DNA of 64,000 nucleotides from a virus: IMG/VR virus record IMGVR_UViG_3300042549_010246, positions 1 to 64,000 of that record; one strand, 5' to 3'. Shown piece by piece: positions 61,301 to 64,000 of this stretch (position 1 is its first letter; each line of letters starts with the position of its first letter). The notes under the pieces were generated by a model. It saw only the letters and a program-made list of their open reading frames with translations, ran no database searches and was not told where the DNA came from. The position numbers and the translations under genes were made by a program.

Positions 61301-64000
61301 TTCAGGAGCAAATGGTTCAAGTGGCTCAAGTGGAACAAGTGGTTCTTCAGGAAGCGCAGGTTCAACAGGGTCATCAGGTTCATCAGGAACTTCGGGTTCG
61401 AGCGGTACAAGTGGTTCAACAGGTTCAAGCGGCTCTACGGGCTCAAGTGGGTCTACGGGTACATCGGGTTCAAGCGGTTCAAGCGGAACTTCGGGAGTAA
61501 ATGGTTCAAGTGGTTCATCAGGAACAAGTGGTAGTGCAGGTTCAAGTGGAACAAGTGGTTCTGCGGGTTCATCAGGAACATCAGGCTCTGCAGGCTCTTC
61601 GGGAACTTCAGGCACAGCGGGTTCAAGTGGAACATCAGGAACACGTGGTTCTTCAGGTTCATCAGGCTCTACAGGTTCTTCAGGTACTTCGGGTTCATCA
61701 GGAACAAGTGGTAGCACGGGTTCATCAGGCTCTACAGGTTCAAGCGGAACGTCGGGCTCATCAGGAACATCAGCATCAAGCGGAAGTTCAGGAAGCGCGG
61801 GTACATCGGGCTCAAGCGGAACTTCAGGAGCAAATGGCTCGTCAGGTACTTCGGGCTCTTCAGGAAGTGCGGGCTCAAGCGGTTCAACAGGTTCTTCGGG
61901 CACATCAGGCTCAAGCGGTACATCAGGAAGCGCGGGTTCAAGTGGTTCTACAGGTTCTTCGGGAACAAGCGGTAGCGCAGGTTCTTCAGGCACATCGGGT
62001 TCTGCAGGCTCGTCAGGCACGTCAGGTGCAAATGGCTCAAGTGGTACTTCGGGGTCTGCGGGTAGTGCGGGTTCATCGGGCTCTACGGGTTCATCAGGGA
62101 CATCAGGTTCAAGCGGTACATCAGGAAGCGCAGGTTCTTCAGGCTCTACAGGTTCTTCAGGAACGAGTGGTAGCGCGGGTTCTTCAGGTACATCAGGTTC
62201 TGCGGGCTCTTCAGGCACATCAGGTGCAAACGGTTCAAGTGGTACAAGCGGAAGCGCAGGTTCAAGCGGTTCTACGGGTTCGAGCGGTACGAGCGGGTCA
62301 AGCGGAACAAGTGGTAGTACAGGTTCAAGCGGTTCAACAGGCTCAAGTGGAACAAGCGGAAGCACAGGCTCTTCAGGCACATCGGGCTCGGCAGGTTCTT
62401 CAGGAACATCAGGCTCGGCAGGTTCTTCAGGAACATCAGGCACAGCAGGTTCGAGTGGTACTTCAGGAACACGTGGTTCTTCAGGTTCATCAGGTTCTAC
62501 AGGAACGAGCGGTTCAAGCGGAACAAGCGGTAGCACAGGTTCAAGCGGTTCAACGGGTTCGAGCGGAACAAGTGGAAGTACAGGTTCTTCAGGCTCTACA
62601 GGCTCAAGTGGAACATCAGGTTCAAGCGGAACAAGTGGAAGCACAGGTTCAAGCGGCTCAACGGGTTCAAGTGGTACTTCGGGTTCATCAGGAACATCAG
62701 CATCAAGCGGAAGTTCAGGAAGTGCGGGTACCTCAGGTAGTTCAGGCACTTCAGGGGCAAATGGGTCGAGTGGCTCAAGCGGAACAGCAGGTTCTTCAGG
62801 AAGCGCAGGTTCTTCGGGTTCTACAGGTTCTTCAGGAACAAGCGGTTCATCAGGAACAAGTGGTAGCGCAGGTTCTTCAGGCTCTACAGGCTCAAGCGGA
62901 ACAAGCGGTAGCGCAGGTTCATCAGGCACATCGGGTTCTGCAGGCTCTTCAGGCACATCAGGTGCAAATGGTTCAAGTGGCACAAGCGGTTCAAGCGGAA
63001 GCGCAGGTTCTTCGGGTTCTACAGGAAGTTCAGGAACCTCAGGTTCAAGTGGCACAAGTGGTAGCACAGGTTCAAGCGGGTCAACAGGTTCAAGCGGAAC
63101 GAGCGGTAGCGCAGGTTCTTCAGGAACATCAGGCTCGGCAGGTTCTTCAGGAACATCAGGCACAGCGGGCTCTTCAGGCACGTCAGGCACAGCAGGTTCA
63201 AGTGGTACTTCGGGAACACGTGGTTCTTCAGGTTCATCAGGTTCTACAGGAACAAGCGGTTCAAGCGGAACAAGTGGAAGCACAGGCTCAAGCGGCTCTA
63301 CAGGCTCAAGTGGTACTTCGGGTTCGTCAGGAACATCGGCATCAAGTGGAAGTTCAGGAAGTGCGGGTACCTCAGGTAGTTCAGGCACTTCAGGGGCAAA
63401 TGGCTCGAGTGGCTCAAGCGGAACATCAGGGTCTTCAGGAAGCGCAGGTTCTTCAGGTTCTACAGGTTCTTCGGGAACAAGCGGTTCATCAGGAACAAGT
63501 GGTAGCACGGGCTCAAGCGGTTCTACAGGCTCAAGTGGGTCTACGGGAACATCGGGCTCAAGCGGAACTTCAGGGGTAAATGGGTCAAGTGGTTCTTCAG
63601 GAACTTCGGGTTCTGCGGGCTCATCAGGAACGTCAGGTTCTGCGGGCTCTTCGGGAACGAGCGGAAGCGCAGGTTCAAGCGGAAGCACAGGTTCATCAGG
63701 TTCTACAGGCTCATCAGGAACGTCGGGTTCTGCGGGCTCATCAGGAACGTCAGGTTCTGCGGGCTCTTCGGGAACTTCAGGCACAGCAGGTTCAAGTGGA
63801 ACATCAGGAACTCGAGGTTCTTCAGGTTCATCAGGTTCTACAGGCACTTCAGGCTCAAGCGGAACAAGTGGAAGCACAGGTTCAAGCGGGTCAACGGGCT
63901 CAAGCGGAACAAGTGGAAGTACAGGTTCAAGCGGTTCGACAGGTTCAAGTGGAACAAGTGGAAGTACAGGTTCATCGGGTTCTACGGGTTCAAGCGGTAC
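52323..64000 (+). CDS. Giant Ser/Thr-rich collagen-like fibre protein with internal C1q/BclA-like domain (3' partial, at least 3,890 aa)
   Basis: ATG 52323 (MAKNILITPYRN...). I translated the non-repeat parts manually and saw no stop before the window end. G-X-Y blocks at 52638-53297, 53628-53750 and 54240-end. Confidence 0.9.
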   Translation, partial: MAKNILITPYRNSTNPLELPKIDFINGSTAITLQVEETSQSLTFVGSAGTLLQINNDLTGTTISTKNIAITGVIKNTGITSNSGLNDFVVVDIATGQFYYRSAPTGTSGSSGQSGTSGTSGANGSSGTSGASGSSGTSGANGSSGTSGANGSSGTSGVNGTSGTSASSGTSGANGSSGTSGDSGSSGTSGANGSSGTSGANGSSGTSGANGSSGTSGNSGSSGTSGANGSSGTSGESGSSGTSGSNGSSGTSGSSGTSGNSGSSGTSGDSGSSGTSGANGTSGTSGESGSSGTSGNSGSSGTSGNSGSSGTSGANGSSGTSGASGAEITDGWDWGTPVNSTKMYSSNGNLDSSTVLLNISETSLSLTDYASQFALMGVGSRITTRGGLFAANVTNWEVTSVTDAGTYYEFGVVYLSGTQWTPTSGDDILCDFAIAGKSGSSGTAGTSGQNGSSGTSGANGTSGTAGTTGSSGTSGAGVANYYAQYSSSQSQPLLAVNTPQVVTYDTVEIENGISFSGGQITVQYSGIYEFTFSPQVEKTQGGTAVNVDFFIRKNGFDVIRTDSILGLVSNSSTQLPFVALTLELLQNDFIELLFASTTTFVQLTAVGAKTTPFIAPAAPSIIVSLKNIGVAAVAYTSTSGTSGQSGTAGVSGSSGTSGSTGSSGTSGESGTSGTSGSTGSSGTSGENGSSGTSGSTGSSGTSGESGSSGTSGENGSSGTSGSAGSSGTSGSTGSSGTSGESGSSGTSGSSGTSASSGTSGSTGSSGTSGSAGSSGTSGSTGSSGTSGESGSSGTSGSTGSSGTSGESGSSGTSGESGSSGTSGDSGSSGTSGESGSSGTSGESGSSGTSGESGSSGTSGTSASSGTSGSTGSSGTSGENGSSGTSGSTGTSGSSGSSGTSGENGSSGTSGESGTSGTSGSSGSTGTSGSAGTSGSTGTSGSTGSSGTSGSSGTSGENGSSGTSGSAGSSGTSGENGSSGTSGSSGTSGSTGTSGESGTSGTAGSSGSTGTSGSAGTSGSTGTSGSAGSSGTSGSSGTSGENGSSGTSGSTGSSGTSGSTGTSGSTGTSGSSGSTGSSGSSGESGTSGSTGTSGSTGSSGTSGESGTSGTTGSSGSTGSSGTSGSSGTSASSGTSGSSGINGSSGTSGSTGTSGSAGTSGANGSSGTSGSAGSSGTSGSTGSSGTSGSSGTSASSGSSGSSGSTGSSGTSGSSGTSGANGSSGTSGSAGSSGTSGSTGSSGTSGSSGTSASSGSSGSTGSSGTSGSAGSSGTSGANGSSGTSGSSATSGSAGSSGSAGTSGSSATSGSSGSSGTSGSSGTSGANGSSGTSGSSGTSGSTGSSGTSGANGSSGTSGSSGTSGSAGSSGSTGSSGTSGSSGTSGSAGSSGSTGSSGTSGSSGSSGTSGANGSSGTAGSSGTSGSSGTSGSAGSSGTSGANGSSGTAGSSGTSGSAGSSGSAGTSGANGSSGTSGSSGSSGSTGSSGTSGSSGSTGTSGSSGTSASSGTSGSSGSAGTSGANGSSGTSGSSGSSGSTGSSGTSGANGSSGTSGSAGSSGSTGSSGTSGSSGTSGSTGSSGSAGTSGSSATSGSSGSSGTSGSAGTSGANGSSGTSGSSGTSGSTGSSGSAGTSGANGSSGTSGSTGSSGTSGSAGSSGSTGSSGTSGSTGSSGSTGSSGTSGSSGTSGSAGSSGSAGTSGANGSSGTSGSSGTSGNAGSSGTSGSSGSSGSAGTSGSTGSSGTSGSAGSSGTSGSAGSSGSTGSSGTSGANGSSGTSGSSGTSGSTGSSGSSGSTGSSGTSGSSGTSGSTGSSGSTGSSGTSGSAGSSGTSGANGSSGTSGSSGTSGSTGSSGTAGSSGTSGTRGSSGTSGSTGSSGSTGSSGTSGSSGTSGSAGSSGSAGTSGANGSSGTSGSSGTSGSTGSSGSSGSTGTSGTAGSSGTSGSAGSSGSTGSSGSSGTAGSSGTSGANGSSGTSGSSGSSGSTGSSGTSGSSGTSGSAGSSGSTGSSGSSGTAGSSGTSASSGSAGTSGSSGTSGANGSSGTSGSAGSSGTSGSSGSAGTSGINGSSGTSGSSGTSGSSGSSGSTGSSGTSGSAGSSGSTGSSGSSGTAGSSGTSGANGSSGTSGSAGSSGTSGSSGTSGTAGSSGTSGTRGSSGTSGSTGSSGSTGSSGTSGSSGTSGANGSSGTSGSSGTSGSAGSSGTSGSSGTSGSTGSSGSTGSSGTSGSAGSSGTSGSAGSSGTSGANGSSGTSGSAGSSGSTGSSGTSGSSGTSGSAGSSGSTGSSGTSGSAGSSGSTGSSGSSGTAGSSGTSGANGSSGTSGSSGSAGSSGSTGSSGTSGSSGTSGSTGSSGSTGSSGTSGSSGTSASSGSSGTSGSAGSSGTSGANGSSGTSGSAGSAGSSGSTGSSGTSGSSGTSGSTGSSGSTGSSGTSGSSATSGSAGSSGTAGSSGSSGTSGANGSSGTSGSAGSTGSSGTSGSSGTSGTAGSSGTSGTAGSSGTSGTRGSSGTSGSTGSSGSTGSSGTSGSSGTSGANGSSGTSGSSGSAGSSGSTGSSGTSGSSGTSGSTGSSGSTGSSGTSGSSATSGSAGSSGTSGSAGSSGTSGANGSSGTSGSAGSSGSTGSSGTSGSSGTSGSAGSSGSTGSSGTSGSAGSSGTSGSAGSSGSAGSSGTSGANGSSGTSGSAGSSGSTGSSGTSGSSGTSGSTGSSGSTGSSGTSGSAGSSGTSASSGSSGSAGTSGSSGTSGANGSSGTSGSAGSAGSSGSTGSSGTSGSSGTSGSTGSSGSTGSSGTSGSSGTSGSAGSSGTSGSSGTSGTAGSSGTSGTRGSSGTSGSTGSSGSTGSSGSTGTSGSSGSSGTSGANGSSGTSGSAGSSGSTGSSGTSGSSGTSGSAGSSGSTGSSGTSGSSATSGSAGSSGTAGSSGSSGTSGANGSSGSSGTSGSSGSSGSTGSSGTSGSSGTSGSAGSSGSTGSSGTSGSSGTSASSGSSGSAGTSGSSGTSGANGSSGSSGTSGSSGSAGSTGSSGSSGTSGSSGTSGSTGSSGSTGSSGSTGTSGSSGSSGTSGVNGSSGSSGTSGSAGSSGTSGSAGSSGTSGSAGSSGTSGTAGSSGTSGTRGSSGSSGSTGSSGTSGSSGTSGSTGSSGSTGSSGTSGSSGTSASSGSSGSAGTSGSSGTSGANGSSGTSGSSGSAGSSGSTGSSGTSGSSGTSGSAGSSGSTGSSGTSGSAGSSGTSGSAGSSGTSGANGSSGTSGSAGSAGSSGSTGSSGTSGSSGTSGSAGSSGSTGSSGTSGSAGSSGTSGSAGSSGTSGANGSSGTSGSAGSSGSTGSSGTSGSSGTSGSTGSSGSTGSSGTSGSTGSSGTSGSAGSSGTSGSAGSSGTSGTAGSSGTSGTRGSSGSSGSTGTSGSSGTSGSTGSSGSTGSSGTSGSTGSSGSTGSSGTSGSSGTSGSTGSSGSTGSSGTSGSSGTSASSGSSGSAGTSGSSGTSGANGSSGSSGTAGSSGSAGSSGSTGSSGTSGSSGTSGSAGSSGSTGSSGTSGSAGSSGTSGSAGSSGTSGANGSSGTSGSSGSAGSSGSTGSSGTSGSSGTSGSTGSSGSTGSSGTSGSAGSSGTSGSAGSSGTSGTAGSSGTSGTAGSSGTSGTRGSSGSSGSTGTSGSSGTSGSTGSSGSTGSSGTSGSSGTSASSGSSGSAGTSGSSGTSGANGSSGSSGTSGSSGSAGSSGSTGSSGTSGSSGTSGSTGSSGSTGSSGSTGTSGSSGTSGVNGSSGSSGTSGSAGSSGTSGSAGSSGTSGSAGSSGSTGSSGSTGSSGTSGSAGSSGTSGSAGSSGTSGTAGSSGTSGTRGSSGSSGSTGTSGSSGTSGSTGSSGSTGSSGTSGSTGSSGSTGSSGTSGSTGSSGSTGSSG
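53760..54210 (+). other. C1q/TNF-like trimerisation domain inside the giant ORF
   Basis: YAQYSS...VTYDTVE..NGI...ITVQYSGIYEFTFS...FIRKNG...LELLQNDFIEL. Confidence 0.7.
54240..64000 (+). repeat. 9-bp period coding repeat, more than 1,080 G-X-Y triplets
   Basis: GTS/GSS/GST/GSA/GAN/GES triplets with scrambled synonymous codons. Confidence 0.95.

Larger units (their letters stand above)
1..64000. mobile_element. Large tailless (Varidnaviria-like) Bacteroidota virus or provirus genome segment
   Basis: Packaging ATPase, candidate MCP, many small membrane proteins, SLT, RusA, phage replication initiator and polyvalent proteins; no host housekeeping genes; no terminase, portal or tail genes. Confidence 0.75.

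Noticed and set aside
54220-63579. Long VLQ/EHQ-rich + strand ORFs and short minus-strand ORFs
   Set aside because: Off-frame shadows of the frame-3 gene
54251-63877. 3208 aa Pro/Glu/Val ORF on the minus strand (also 52658-53254)
   Set aside because: Antisense shadow of the G-X-Y repeat. Stops in that frame need Tyr or T+Gln/His codons on +, which the repeat lacks, and the ORF ends exactly at a GGT-CAA.
52638-64000. Ice-nucleation protein or CRISPR array
   Set aside because: No 16-aa AGYGST repeats and no repeat-spacer structure; the period is 9 bp and coding
54240-64000. Pure assembly artefact
   Set aside because: Synonymous codons are highly varied, composition is zoned and register is kept. 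The exact length still needs long reads.
1-64000. Tailed phage, ICE or host O-antigen locus
   Set aside because: No terminase, portal, tail, relaxase, T4SS, flippase or polymerase (wzx/wzy) motifs recognised in the window
1-64000. tRNA, rRNA, integrase, IS or reverse transcriptase/DGR
   Set aside because: None recognised by eye; tRNAscan and HMM searches were not run

Overview
The window reads as one continuous ~35% GC viral or proviral genome segment from a Bacteroidota host, inferred from two exact TTG-N19-TAnnTTTG promoters and no obvious Shine-Dalgarno sites. I see no terminase, portal, tail, integrase or DNA polymerase genes. Instead it has an A32/FtsK-like packaging ATPase, a candidate jelly-roll major capsid protein and more than 20 small membrane proteins, which suggests a large tailless, internal-membrane virus. 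Modules left to right: (1) a leftward glycosyltransferase/FkbM-methyltransferase operon; (2) HTH regulators and a replication initiator; (3) large polyvalent effector proteins (ADP-ribosyltransferase, MoxR AAA+, LPD29 plus six winged-HTHs, ParB-like, DUF2958 plus RelA/SpoT) punctuated by a shared [MF]A[DK]GG motif; (4) morphogenesis genes sharing an F/Y-x-N-A-D/T-G motif next to a HExxH protease; (5) a second glycosylation operon ending in an Aah/TibC-type protein O-heptosyltransferase. That gene overlaps a giant ORF missing from the ORF track (52323 to beyond 64000, at least 3,890 aa). The ORF has an internal C1q-like domain and more than 1,080 in-register, proline-free Gly-X-Y triplets rich in Ser/Thr. 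The best candidate novel system is a virus-encoded pathway that builds and glycosylates a micrometre-scale collagen-like fibre. Family assignments come from recognising motifs by eye, not from database searches.
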